From an uncultured Candidatus Saccharibacteria bacterium (lineage in GTDB: Bacteria > Patescibacteriota > Andersenbacteria > UBA10190), in NCBI GenBank assembly GCA_964371255.1, contig CAYJKV010000005.1, positions 13,816 to 77,815 on the forward strand: 64,000 nt of DNA. The letters run 5' to 3'. The position numbers and the translations under genes are program-made. Below the pieces are notes generated by a model that saw only the letters and a program-made list of their open reading frames with translations, had not been told where the DNA came from and searched no databases. Positions 27,230 through 37,193 of the stretch are shown in pieces. Within the stretch, counting starts at the first letter, position 1. Each line of letters starts with the position of its first letter.

Positions 27230-28246
27230 TTATAAACCGCGCGGTTTTTGCGGACTGGCGGCCCGCCAAAACTTCATCACTGTTCTTAGGCGGTCTTCTG
27301 TGCCTATTGCCTCACGGCGGTTTGGCTGCGCGACCAGTCTGGGTGCATAGTACGACCAAATATCCCAGGTGACAAATCGCTCTCCCAACTCTTCCCGAAT
27401 AATAGCGTTCAGCCTGGGCAGCAATTTTGCGCCCGTTGTTTTAGCTCCTTTGACAACTCCGCTTTGCGGCGCTCTGATTTTATCCAACTTTGGGTCGGTA
27501 CTAAGAGCCCAGGCATCGATAAAGAAATTGCGGTCGGTCACCTCGTTTGTTACGTCCTGTCTATCATAAACATCATTGATAAACTTAAAACTAATCTCGC
27601 TGCCCGCGAAACTCCGCAGTAAACCCACTTGGTGTATGCGGTATTTATTATCCCCTTGCTCCATGGTTAAAACCTTCCACGCTTGCCCGTCTATATATAC
27701 CGCCACCTGGACCGGTTCCGGTTGATCATGGCGAGCGGTGATGTACAACCAATAGTTCTCACGCGTCACCCGAACAACCTTACTAACCGTTGACGTGTTC
27801 CCGGCCAGTCTTGCTACCACCCGTTCCTGGTCTTCAACGATAGTTGTATTACTGCCGCTGGTCTGATGCCCCCGTTCCGGCGCAAATGGATAAGTAACGA
27901 TATTGATGCTGGCTGCCGCGTCACCCCCGACACCGCCCGATCCCCCTCCGCCTTCATCGCCGCTCGTTTCTTCCCCGCTATCTGTCGGCCCCAGTACTTT
28001 TATTGTCACCGGTTCGCTTTGTGCCAGCGTGTCACCAATCTGCCCATCTTCCACTGTAATATTAAACGTATGATCACCTGGAGGGGCATCGGCGGGAATG
28101 GTAATAGCTACTTTCTGCTCCAAGATTGTTTCTGAAACAACTGAGGTCGTTATAAATTTTTGTATTTCTGGCACACTAAGTACGATGCTTCCCGTGATCA
28201 CCGCCCCGGCTAATAGAAATAAATACAGTTTAGATGTTTTTTTCAT
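27230..28246 (-). CDS. Secreted protein: half Ig-like domain, Gly linker, CBM60-like module, C-terminal helical surface-binding-like domain
   Basis: TIPADAPPGDHTFNITV; ISFKFINDVY...TDRNFFID; GVVKGAKT then LNAIIREELG...IWSYYAPRL. Confidence 0.7.
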   Translation of the reverse strand: MKKTSKLYLFLLAGAVITGSIVLSVPEIQKFITTSVVSETILEQKVAITIPADAPPGDHTFNITVEDGQIGDTLAQSEPVTIKVLGPTDSGEETSGDEGGGGSGGVGGDAAASINIVTYPFAPERGHQTSGSNTTIVEDQERVVARLAGNTSTVSKVVRVTRENYWLYITARHDQPEPVQVAVYIDGQAWKVLTMEQGDNKYRIHQVGLLRSFAGSEISFKFINDVYDRQDVTNEVTDRNFFIDAWALSTDPKLDKIRAPQSGVVKGAKTTGAKLLPRLNAIIREELGERFVTWDIWSYYAPRLVAQPNRREAIGTEDRLRTVMKFWRAASPQKPRGL

Positions 28247-31161
28247 TATTTAATTTCACTGAAGTAGATATTAACTGTCATCTTCAACAGCAAACGGGCC
28301 TTGTCTAAAATATTTGACCTAACTGTAAAAGGTACTTCAATGGTCTGCCCAGGCCTGGCTTCTAATCTAGTCTGTCCTGGAATATTGATTGTTGCTTGGC
28401 GGGACACCGCCCTTACTATTGTCTCGTCATAAGCCGTCAGATTACCGTCATTGGCCATTAATCTTAAAACATATTCCCCTTCTTGCCTGAAGATTGCGTT
28501 AGTGGTTGCTGTTTGGCTATCACTTAACTCCATCTGTCCCGCTGGCCCACTGACCTGAGCCCATTCTACCAGCAGCGGGTTTGCTCCTGATATTCCATCA
28601 TCACTGACCACCCCCGTCATCTGAACAGGTTCATTGATCAGAAGCTGCAGGTCTTCCCCGGCCGAAACTTGCGGAGCATTATGGACAATCACCGCCACCT
28701 CATCAGCTGCCAACAGTTCACCGTCACTGGCACTGAGCCGTAGTATATAACGACCAGGTAAAGTAAAATCAACCGACGTGGCAGCCTGGTCGTATCCATT
28801 TATACTCACTTCGCCCGGTCCGCTAATTTTACTCCACAGGAGGTTCACCTGTCCTGGCTCCGTTGGTTTTCCGTCATCGGTCACCACTCCGGACAGCTGC
28901 ACTGCACTGCCCCATTCGGCGATAATATCATTTCCCGCGCTTACCTGGGGAGCTGCGTTGCGTACAATCACGGACACCTCGACTGTGCTAATAGATGAAC
29001 TCGCCTTACTATCTGAAGACACGTAAGTGAAAGTATCTTTCCCTGCAAAAAATCGATCCGACAAGTAAAGAAAGGAGCCGTTCGCATTGAGTGTCACATT
29101 ACCATGCTGTGACTCTTGTACTAGTTGTGCTGTTAAAATGTCGCTGTCTTCATCTGTGTCATTCGCCAATACGCCAGGTGCGGGGATCGTTAATTCCTCG
29201 TATTGAAAAGCCTCATAACTATCATTCTGGCCCACCGGCACCGTGTTCACTTGCACGATGATTTCGTCGGAAGATATTAATTCCCCATCACCTGCCTGCA
29301 ATCTTAAAGTATAATCTCCAGCTTCACTGAATGTAGCGCTAGTCGCAGCCAAAGTATCGTCTATAAACACCACTTCACCTGTCCCGCTTACTTTGCTCCA
29401 CATTATTTGCTGGGGCTGCCCCGGCGGCTCACCGTCGTCTTCCACTGTCCCAAGCAGTATTGCGGCATCGGGTAGATTAATTATCATATCCTCTCCCGCC
29501 TGTACCACTGGCGCGGCATTTCTGACCGCTACGGTTATTTCTACTGTGACCGGCTGTGATGTGGTTACTCCATCAAATGCCTGATAAGTAAAACTATCTA
29601 CCCCCCGCCAGTCGCTATTAGATGTATAACTAAACGAACCGTTGGCACTTAACGCTAATTCACCATGTTGCACATTATCGACCAGCTGTGCGGATAATTG
29701 ATCTCCGTCTGGATCGGTATCATTCTGTAATACGCCATTAGACATTTCTATCTGCAACGATTCACCTCTCCAGGCGTCATATTCTTCGTCATTAGCGCTC
29801 GGTGCTTGATTTTCCGCCTTGACCGTTATTACTACATCGTCGGTAGATGTCAAAGTTCCGTCTCCTGCTGACAATTCCAACACGTACACCCCTGCTTCCA
29901 AAAACGTGGCTGTTGTTGTCAATGCGGTCGCATCACCGAAAATCACCCCGTCAGGCCCGTTTACCTTACTCCATGCTACCGCTACGCTCGCTGGAGGATC
30001 CGGCAAGCCGTCGTCTGACATAGTACCATTCAGATTAACCTGACTAAGCGGCAACCTTATTTGTTGATCAACGCCGGCATTCACTGCCGGTGGAGAATTT
30101 TCCACCAAGACATTAATCACCGCTTCTCCGGTAACAATATCAGGGATGATTTCGTAACTGTCTGTCTCTATTAAAACATTGCCAAAAGGCTTACTAGATG
30201 ACTTATTGGCTGTCGTGACTGTTGTTTGTCCCACCCCCACTGCTTTGAAAGTGAATATCCCTAAAGTACCGGCGCCGCTATTATTATTGGCTAGGCTAAA
30301 ACCGCCCGATCTCACCTCTCCGGAACTGTTAATCGTACTCAAGCCCCGCGTATCAGCAATAAAAGTCGCAAAGTCCCCACTCTGTTGATCGACCAATGCC
30401 AGTTTAGTCTGGTCGAACCTCAAATATTGCGCCCAGTTCGCAAATGGAGTTGCTTCCTCCAGCCTTACTCTAATTTCTACGTTATCGCCCAAAGCCAGCT
30501 TTGTCTTGTTTGTTTGCAATGATAAATCTGGCGCCGGTGGTGCCGCCTCAACCGTTAAGATGATTTCATCGCTGCCGCTGGTTTGCCCGTCATTGGCTGT
30601 CAGTGCTAATGCGTACGTTCCGGCGACAGAAAAAGCGGCCGTTGTTTGCAATGCGTTTACAGATCCAAACGCCACATCACCAGGACCAGATATTTTGCTC
30701 CAATTAATTGTCATTTCGCCCGGCACTATGGGTAACCCATCATCGGTAGCTGTACCTGCCAAATTCGCTTCTTGAGGTAGACGAACAGTACTATCGTCTC
30801 CGGCTGCGACTGTTGGCGGCACATTCTTGGCCGTCACCACCACTTTCACGGGATCACTGGAAAAAGTATCAATACTGTCATTGGCGGTAAACTGGATTGA
30901 ATGTTCACCAATCAAACTTAGGTCATCAGGCACCGTATAGTGAAATATCTTTTGTATTTCCTGCTCGGGGGGCAAGACCTGTGTTCTAATATATTGCGTC
31001 AGCATACTGCCGGCAGCGACCAGCAACAGTAAGCCAGCTGCCACTACTATACCAGTCATTACCTCGCCCTTGTTTAACACCGATGCCTCAAGGTTACCTG
31101 GCCGGCAGCCTGTCGGCTCTCTCTTTACTCTCTGCCCTGGGCTATGCAGTAAATTAATCAT
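28246..31161 (-). CDS. Large surface protein with five PKD-like repeats, one cohesin-like domain and two cadherin-like (Big_9) repeats
   Basis: N.PP.V.AG.D...L.G..TDDG...WSK.SGPG repeats; GVL.NDTD.D.D.L.A.LV....HG...L.ANGSF.Y repeats; cohesin-like GTLGIFTFKAVGVG. Confidence 0.88.
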   Translation of the reverse strand: MINLLHSPGQRVKREPTGCRPGNLEASVLNKGEVMTGIVVAAGLLLLVAAGSMLTQYIRTQVLPPEQEIQKIFHYTVPDDLSLIGEHSIQFTANDSIDTFSSDPVKVVVTAKNVPPTVAAGDDSTVRLPQEANLAGTATDDGLPIVPGEMTINWSKISGPGDVAFGSVNALQTTAAFSVAGTYALALTANDGQTSGSDEIILTVEAAPPAPDLSLQTNKTKLALGDNVEIRVRLEEATPFANWAQYLRFDQTKLALVDQQSGDFATFIADTRGLSTINSSGEVRSGGFSLANNNSGAGTLGIFTFKAVGVGQTTVTTANKSSSKPFGNVLIETDSYEIIPDIVTGEAVINVLVENSPPAVNAGVDQQIRLPLSQVNLNGTMSDDGLPDPPASVAVAWSKVNGPDGVIFGDATALTTTATFLEAGVYVLELSAGDGTLTSTDDVVITVKAENQAPSANDEEYDAWRGESLQIEMSNGVLQNDTDPDGDQLSAQLVDNVQHGELALSANGSFSYTSNSDWRGVDSFTYQAFDGVTTSQPVTVEITVAVRNAAPVVQAGEDMIINLPDAAILLGTVEDDGEPPGQPQQIMWSKVSGTGEVVFIDDTLAATSATFSEAGDYTLRLQAGDGELISSDEIIVQVNTVPVGQNDSYEAFQYEELTIPAPGVLANDTDEDSDILTAQLVQESQHGNVTLNANGSFLYLSDRFFAGKDTFTYVSSDSKASSSISTVEVSVIVRNAAPQVSAGNDIIAEWGSAVQLSGVVTDDGKPTEPGQVNLLWSKISGPGEVSINGYDQAATSVDFTLPGRYILRLSASDGELLAADEVAVIVHNAPQVSAGEDLQLLINEPVQMTGVVSDDGISGANPLLVEWAQVSGPAGQMELSDSQTATTNAIFRQEGEYVLRLMANDGNLTAYDETIVRAVSRQATINIPGQTRLEARPGQTIEVPFTVRSNILDKARLLLKMTVNIYFSEIK

Positions 31162-31170
31162 CAGCCTTGA

Positions 31171-32376
31171 TTATTCAAATATTGAATCGGTAAACACTTG
31201 CGGACTGTCCGTTATAAAGTTGAATAATAAACTTGTCAGGTCCACATTACGACCTCTGACCGTAATTGGTATTGCAGCGTTACTGCCAATTTCTACATAA
31301 ACAACATCCGGGGCGACAAAGTACACTTCCGGTGCCGGTTGAACCGATATTGTTACTTCGTCTGTCGTGTTCAGCGCCCCGTCATTAGCTGTTAGTCGCA
31401 GCACGTATGTTCCATCCGTGCTGAATGTCGCTGTAGTGGTTGTCTTATCACCAGAGCCAAAAGTCACCGTGCCTGGCCCGGACACTTTGCTCCATTGCTT
31501 AGTTACCAGCGCTGGTGGTGTAGGCAAGCCATCGTCGGACACCGCCCCTATTAAAGTTATTGAGTTAGGTAGTCTGATTGTCTTATCCTCCCCCGCTGCC
31601 ACCACCGGAGCAGTATTATGCGGCCAGACATTTATTACTAATTCTCCTCCGCCTACCGTTGGAACAAAATCTGTTCCGCCGGTATCGCTAAATCGGTTAC
31701 CAAACAAGTTGGACGCGGAATAATTCTCAGTCGTAATCTTGACTGGCACCGGCACGGTTGCTGCCGCCGGCAAACTAGACTCAACCCTAAACGTAAAACT
31801 GCCTAATGTCCCGCTCCCCCCCTCGTTATTGGTCAAGCTAAAGCCACCGGCTCTAATCTCGTCCGTTTGGTTGATTGTTTGCAGACTTCTTGAATCCGGG
31901 ACAAACGTTGGCCAACTGCCGCCATTTTGTTGTTCCAGTTTTAGCAACCGATTATCGCCATTAAAGCCCAGCCATTCTTGCCAGCTGGCAAACGCAGCAG
32001 CGTCCGCCAGGTTCATGGTCACTGTCACGGCCTCACCAACAGTCACATTCTCTTTATCAACGCTAATTGTTAAATTAGTGTCACCTTCTCGGGCAAAATT
32101 GGCAATCACGATCATTAAGTCAGTATTATTAACCGCTCCGTCGCTATTAGCATCGGCGCGGCCATCCAAGTCTGGATCTCCCGTTGTTTTGCCAAAGTTA
32201 GCTGAAACTAGCATTAGGTCGGTAATATTCACTACCCCATCACCATTCAAATCGCCTAAAGTCCCAGCCGCTTCCGCCTTGATCGCCTGACCCCATATTA
32301 TGGCTAGCACAAATAGCCCTTTCAGAACGACCGAAGATTTCCAAGAAGCATTCATAAGGACAACAAAAGTATGCAT
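31171..32376 (-). CDS. Secreted dockerin + cohesin + PKD protein
   Basis: GDLNGDGVVNITDL...DANSDGAVNNTDL duplicated Ca-binding loops; cohesin-like GSGTLGSFTFRV; PKD repeat. Confidence 0.88.
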   Translation of the reverse strand: MHTFVVLMNASWKSSVVLKGLFVLAIIWGQAIKAEAAGTLGDLNGDGVVNITDLMLVSANFGKTTGDPDLDGRADANSDGAVNNTDLMIVIANFAREGDTNLTISVDKENVTVGEAVTVTMNLADAAAFASWQEWLGFNGDNRLLKLEQQNGGSWPTFVPDSRSLQTINQTDEIRAGGFSLTNNEGGSGTLGSFTFRVESSLPAAATVPVPVKITTENYSASNLFGNRFSDTGGTDFVPTVGGGELVINVWPHNTAPVVAAGEDKTIRLPNSITLIGAVSDDGLPTPPALVTKQWSKVSGPGTVTFGSGDKTTTTATFSTDGTYVLRLTANDGALNTTDEVTISVQPAPEVYFVAPDVVYVEIGSNAAIPITVRGRNVDLTSLLFNFITDSPQVFTDSIFE

Positions 32377-32483
32377 TTATTGTACTATACCGCCTATTAA
32401 AAAGCAGTATGCCAATATGGGCGACTAAGCTGGTTTGATTGCTTTTTTCGCTTAAAGTTGTGTTGTTCGGCTTAATTTTTTCT

Positions 32484-34013
32484 CTAACGGGCGACGGCGC
32501 TTGTTCTTGTCTCTCTGATTACGTTTACCCTGACATCACCCGGATAAGTTAACTCTTGCTCAATTCTCTTTGCGATCCCCTGCGCCAGTTTGATGGCCTG
32601 TAAATCATCGATATCGCTCGGTTTAACGAATACTCGCACTTCCCGTCCCGCGTAAATCGCGTAAGCTTTTTCCACCCCTTCAAAACTGCTCGCAATATTT
32701 TCCAGATCCTCCATGCGTTTGATGTATTTTTCTGCCGTGTCTCGTCGGGCACCAGGCCGGGCGGCTGAAATGGCATCGGCTACCTGTACGATCACTGCTT
32801 CCACCGTCTCGAAGGGATAATCCTCGTGGTGTGCTGACGCCGCTTTAATAATTTCATCTGCGATGCCGAACTTCTTCATGATCTTCTCCCCAATCTCAAC
32901 GTGGTTGCCTTCCACTTCGTGGTCGATAGCTTTACCAATGTCGTGTAACAAAGTTGCTCTCTTGGCAATATTGACGTCCGCGCCAAGTTCTTCGGCCAGC
33001 ATCGTCGCAATATGAGCGGCTTCCCAACTGTGCTTAAGAATGTTTTGCCGATAGCTTGTTCGATACTTTAAGCGGCCAATCAGCTGGACTAACTGTTCTG
33101 GCAAATCCATCAAACCTAAATCATAAACAACCGCTTCGCCCGCCTCTTTAATATCGTCATTGATTTTCTTTTTCGCCTCTTCTACTACCTCTTCAATTCG
33201 GCCGGGATGGATGCGCCCATCAGTCAGCAATTTTTCCAGGGCCGTTTTCGCCACTTGCCGGCGGACCGGTGAAAAACCCGACACCATTATCGAGTTAGGC
33301 GTCTCGTCTATCACTACTTCACAGCCGGTTAAACGCTCTAAATGTTGGATATTCCTGCCTTCTTTGCCTATCACCCGACCTATCATGCTCTCATCTTCCA
33401 CATGGACATGTGTGGTTGTTGTTTCTGACACATGTGATGCTGCGTAGCGTTGTATAATGCTCGCAAGAATATTACGAGCCTCATCCTCCAGACGTTTTTC
33501 GCCTTCTTTCTCTAATTTACGGACCCTGCGCACAATCTCTTCTGATGTCCTCTCTTCCGCCAATTCCAGTACTCGCTTCTCTGCCTGGTCGGGTGTTAAA
33601 CCGGAAATTTCGGCCAGTTGATGTTCTTCCTCGGTCTTTAATTCTACTAATCGCTGTTTCTGCTTGTCGAGCTCGGCTTGGGTATTCTTAATAGTTGTAT
33701 CTTTCTTATCGAGCTCCATAATTTTTGTTTCCAGTGACTCCTCGCGGTCTGCTACCCGCTTCTCCAAATTCACTAATTGGTCGCGGCGCTTATCCAAGTC
33801 TTTCTCTGCCCTTGTCTTTATTTCCCGCGCATCTTTCTCGGCTTTTTCCCGTAAAGCCACCACTTTTTTCTTTGCTTCGGCTAATTTCTGTTCCAGTTTA
33901 TTCTCTAGTGATTTGGCAGACTTCACGCCAAAGCGTTTTCGCCAAACATAATCAATCACTGCTCCCAGGCCAGCTGCCACCACCGCTATCGCAAGAGCTG
34001 CTATAGTCGTCAT
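32484..34013 (-). CDS. rny: Ribonuclease Y
   Basis: TM + coiled coil, KH (GRVIGKEGRNI), HD (LLHDIGKA), ADAISAARPGAR. Confidence 0.97.
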   Translation of the reverse strand: MTTIAALAIAVVAAGLGAVIDYVWRKRFGVKSAKSLENKLEQKLAEAKKKVVALREKAEKDAREIKTRAEKDLDKRRDQLVNLEKRVADREESLETKIMELDKKDTTIKNTQAELDKQKQRLVELKTEEEHQLAEISGLTPDQAEKRVLELAEERTSEEIVRRVRKLEKEGEKRLEDEARNILASIIQRYAASHVSETTTTHVHVEDESMIGRVIGKEGRNIQHLERLTGCEVVIDETPNSIMVSGFSPVRRQVAKTALEKLLTDGRIHPGRIEEVVEEAKKKINDDIKEAGEAVVYDLGLMDLPEQLVQLIGRLKYRTSYRQNILKHSWEAAHIATMLAEELGADVNIAKRATLLHDIGKAIDHEVEGNHVEIGEKIMKKFGIADEIIKAASAHHEDYPFETVEAVIVQVADAISAARPGARRDTAEKYIKRMEDLENIASSFEGVEKAYAIYAGREVRVFVKPSDIDDLQAIKLAQGIAKRIEQELTYPGDVRVNVIRETRTSAVAR

Positions 34014-34067
34014 AATATATTTACTCCTTCTTCCACGTAATTATCGTGGATTAATTATCAAGTTAAG

Positions 34068-34330
34068 AAGGGCCCTGATTGTTTTAGCGAGCTGCTTACC
34101 TGTCTGATAACTTTGACGGTTTTAGTAATGTCGCTGCCTTCTATGCTCTCTCTGCTCTCATTCAAGTCTTAGCATGATTGGTAGCGGCCATATCCTTGCT
34201 ATTCCCGGGTTAATTTCTTTAAGTGGGAACAACCGTGAGTTTTTAATTATTACGCAAACTTGCTAGACCTACCATTCCATCAGTTCTTATTATCAGACTC
34301 GTAAGCGCTTACTGAACAAATCGAGCTCCT
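34068..34330. ncRNA. Candidate structured RNA upstream of rny (6S-like or novel leader)
   Basis: GTCTGATAA(34102-34110)/TTATCAGAC(34290-34298), GCTTAC/GTAAGC and further nested stems in a 434-bp ORF-free gap. Confidence 0.55.
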
Positions 34331-34447
34331 ATCAAAGACTTCGCTATTTATCGTTCAACACCAACATGTCTTTGCGCAGAGTAATGCGCCGAGTACAAAC
34401 TGTTATTGATTTTGTTAACCCTGCACCGTTTGACCTGTCGTCACTTT

Positions 34448-35053
34448 TTAAGACTTTGCGGCCTGGCGTGCAATCGGGATAATAATTTCATCAATCAGCC
34501 CATACTCCTTAGCTTCCTCCGCAGACATATAATAGTCTCGATCAGAATCTTTTTCCACTTTTTTTACAGGCTGACCAGTATGTAGAGCCAAAATTTTATT
34601 CAAACGCTCTTTAATCTTCAAAATATGTCGCGCGTTTATTTCAATATCTGATGCTTGTCCCTCGGCGCCTCCCATGACCTGGTGGATCATCACCTCTGCG
34701 TTTTGCAGTATTAATCGCTTACCCGCGGTCCCTCCTGCCAGCAAAGTGGCCGCCATACTGGCTGCCATGCCCACACAAATCGTCGATATATCTGGGGTGA
34801 TGAATTGCATGGTGTCATATATTGCCATGCCAGACGTTACTGAACCGCCTGGTGAGTTAATGTACAACTTTATATCCTTTTTAGGATCCTCGTGTTCCAA
34901 GAATATTAATTGCGCGATTATTAAATTAGCTACATCGTCACCGATCGGTCCTCCGAGAAAAATAATTCTCTCTTTTAGCAGCCTTGAGTAAATATCATAC
35001 GCCCTTTCTCCGAACTGTGATTTTTCCAGCACGGTTGGAATTAAATACGACAT
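34448..35053 (-). CDS. clpP: ATP-dependent Clp protease proteolytic subunit
   Basis: [35 protein letters not shown]. Confidence 0.97.
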   Translation of the reverse strand: MSYLIPTVLEKSQFGERAYDIYSRLLKERIIFLGGPIGDDVANLIIAQLIFLEHEDPKKDIKLYINSPGGSVTSGMAIYDTMQFITPDISTICVGMAASMAATLLAGGTAGKRLILQNAEVMIHQVMGGAEGQASDIEINARHILKIKERLNKILALHTGQPVKKVEKDSDRDYYMSAEEAKEYGLIDEIIIPIARQAAKS

Positions 35054-35193
35054 ATAGAATGAATTTAGCAAATGAAATAAACTACTCTCCACCTATACTA
35101 TACAACAATCCCCTCCTCTTTCGCTAAGCTTATCCGCAGAGACCTTTAACTAGCGGCCAAACATTACCGCCACAATTCCCTTCTACTCAGCTA

Positions 35194-35748
35194 TCATTCC
35201 CGTGATTGAACAAATACTCGCTTAAGATACCTTTCATTGCTGGTGAAAGCCAGCGTCTCGGGCTTATAGTCCGTCACGTCAAGCCACTTTATACTCTTTA
35301 TCTCACTTGGATCTGCCCGATAAGGCTTCCCTTTAGATATTCGTGCTAACCATCCCACCGTCAATGTCGTTTCCCAAATACCTTGGTAAAAATAGTGGTC
35401 GATTTCGAACCCCAGCAAGTTTATCAATTCCACCTCCACACCAATTTCTTCTCGAGCTTCCCTGATTGCAGCGTTCCTCGGGTGTTCACCAAGCTTCATG
35501 AAGCCTCCCGGCAAATCCAATTTACCTTTATCCGGCTCTATGCCCCTTTCCGTCATTAGTACTCGCCCTTTATCGTCCTGGATAACCGTTACCACGCAAG
35601 GCTTTGAATTCTGCCAGAAAATGAAGCCACAGGCCTCATTCTGGCAGGTCGGCATTAGCTCTTCTCCCTGCTCTCTTGGCACCATTTTGCTGCCGCACTT
35701 CGGACAAAATTTATATGCTTTTAGAAAATCTCTATCTGTCTGTTGCAT
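35194..35748 (-). CDS. NUDIX hydrolase with N-terminal Zn-ribbon
   Basis: FCPKCG...C....C; PGGF...GE....AAIREAREE.G Nudix box. Confidence 0.9.
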   Translation of the reverse strand: MQQTDRDFLKAYKFCPKCGSKMVPREQGEELMPTCQNEACGFIFWQNSKPCVVTVIQDDKGRVLMTERGIEPDKGKLDLPGGFMKLGEHPRNAAIREAREEIGVEVELINLLGFEIDHYFYQGIWETTLTVGWLARISKGKPYRADPSEIKSIKWLDVTDYKPETLAFTSNERYLKRVFVQSRE

Positions 35749-35795
35749 TCTACGGTGTTATTTTCCCTTTTCCCTTGATGTTTTACTGTTTCAAT

Positions 35796-37100
35796 CTAAG
35801 CCGCTTTTGCCTCTTTAACTGTCACTTTTGTTTCCAGTAATTCCATCGCCTTTTGGTTCCTCAGCAAGTAAGTTAAATGCTCACGTAATTCTTCCGGGTC
35901 AATTTTTTTCGCCGCTTCTTTGCTGGAACCAAAGCGTTTTAAATAGTCTTGAATCTTCTCTTCCAGTTCATTTTCATCAATCACCACTCCCTCTTGCTTG
36001 GCAAATGACCGCAGCGCCAGTCCGACTTTAACGCTTTTCTCGGCGTTAGGTTTCATTTCTTCTCGTATTTGTTCTATCGTTCGGCTTTTTTCCAGGCAAT
36101 AATCATTAATTGTTTTTTGTTGCCACTGCAGCATTTGCTCAAATTCTCCCAATAAACGATCGATTTCTTTATCGATCAACACTTCATGGATTTTCGAAAA
36201 AGTAGCGCCTGCAGCCAGTTTCTCTGTCATCTCGCCTTGCCGGCGCTCTTCTTCTCGATGTAACCTCTCGTGCTGTAAATTATCCTTCATATGTTTCTTG
36301 AGATCATCCAAGTCCGTAAACTTACCGAGCTGCTTAGCAAAAGCATCATTCACTTCCGGCACCATCCTTTTTTGCACCGCCTTAGCCTGCACCCAAGCCT
36401 CTGCCTCTTTGCCCGCTAAATTACCTTTCTTGTAGTCCTCCGGAAACTTAATTTTGAATTCGCGCACATCACCGGCTGCAATCCCCACTAATTTCTCCTC
36501 AAAGTCCGGTACAAAATGACCTTCCCCCAATTGCACGGTTTGGTCTTTGCCTTCTCCGCCCTCCAGCATTACGCCTCCCACGGAAATCTTGAAATCAACT
36601 ACTATTGTGTCGCCCTTGCCGGCCGGTCGCGCTACTTCCAGGGCTGAACTGCGCATTTTAGCAAGGCGTTCCAGCTCTTTGTCTACCTCGCTGTCCGTGA
36701 CTTCCACTGTTCTTTTCTCGATCTCTATTTTGCTCAAGTCGCCTAGCGTAACCGTGGGCAGAACAGCGGCTGTAGCCGTAAATTTTATGCCCTTGTCTCG
36801 GCCAATTTCCTCAACAGCCACCTTCGGGCGGGCAATGGCATCAATATCATTATCCAATACCGCTTCTATAAAAAAGCGTGGAATAGCTCGATCCATCGCC
36901 TCGTTTAACAATCGCCCCGTACCGAATACTTCCTCTACTACCTCTACTGGCGCTTTACCCGGTCGAAAACCCTTAATTGATTTTTCTTTGGATAATTTCT
37001 TAGCCGCGTCTTTTACGTACGGCGCAAAGTCGTCCGCTGAGGCGCTAATCTTCAGTTCAACTTCTGACTTTTCCTGGTTTGGTTTGATGTCAACTTTCAT
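35796..37100 (-). CDS. tig: Trigger factor
   Basis: GFRPGKAP ribosome-binding motif; FKBP domain (LGEGHFVPDFEE, FPEDY). Confidence 0.96.
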   Translation of the reverse strand: MKVDIKPNQEKSEVELKISASADDFAPYVKDAAKKLSKEKSIKGFRPGKAPVEVVEEVFGTGRLLNEAMDRAIPRFFIEAVLDNDIDAIARPKVAVEEIGRDKGIKFTATAAVLPTVTLGDLSKIEIEKRTVEVTDSEVDKELERLAKMRSSALEVARPAGKGDTIVVDFKISVGGVMLEGGEGKDQTVQLGEGHFVPDFEEKLVGIAAGDVREFKIKFPEDYKKGNLAGKEAEAWVQAKAVQKRMVPEVNDAFAKQLGKFTDLDDLKKHMKDNLQHERLHREEERRQGEMTEKLAAGATFSKIHEVLIDKEIDRLLGEFEQMLQWQQKTINDYCLEKSRTIEQIREEMKPNAEKSVKVGLALRSFAKQEGVVIDENELEEKIQDYLKRFGSSKEAAKKIDPEELREHLTYLLRNQKAMELLETKVTVKEAKAA

Positions 37101-37193
37101 ATTAATGTTGTAAACAATAGGGGATTAATGGTCAAATTGCAACCCTGCACTCACTATTGTTAGAACTTACTCCTAACCATATACTTAGCTAAT

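Noticed and set aside
28246-31180. Surface operon as one frameshifted or pseudogenised giant gene
   Set aside because: Each downstream ORF has its own hydrophobic export segment inserted between the half-domains, which a frameshift would not create
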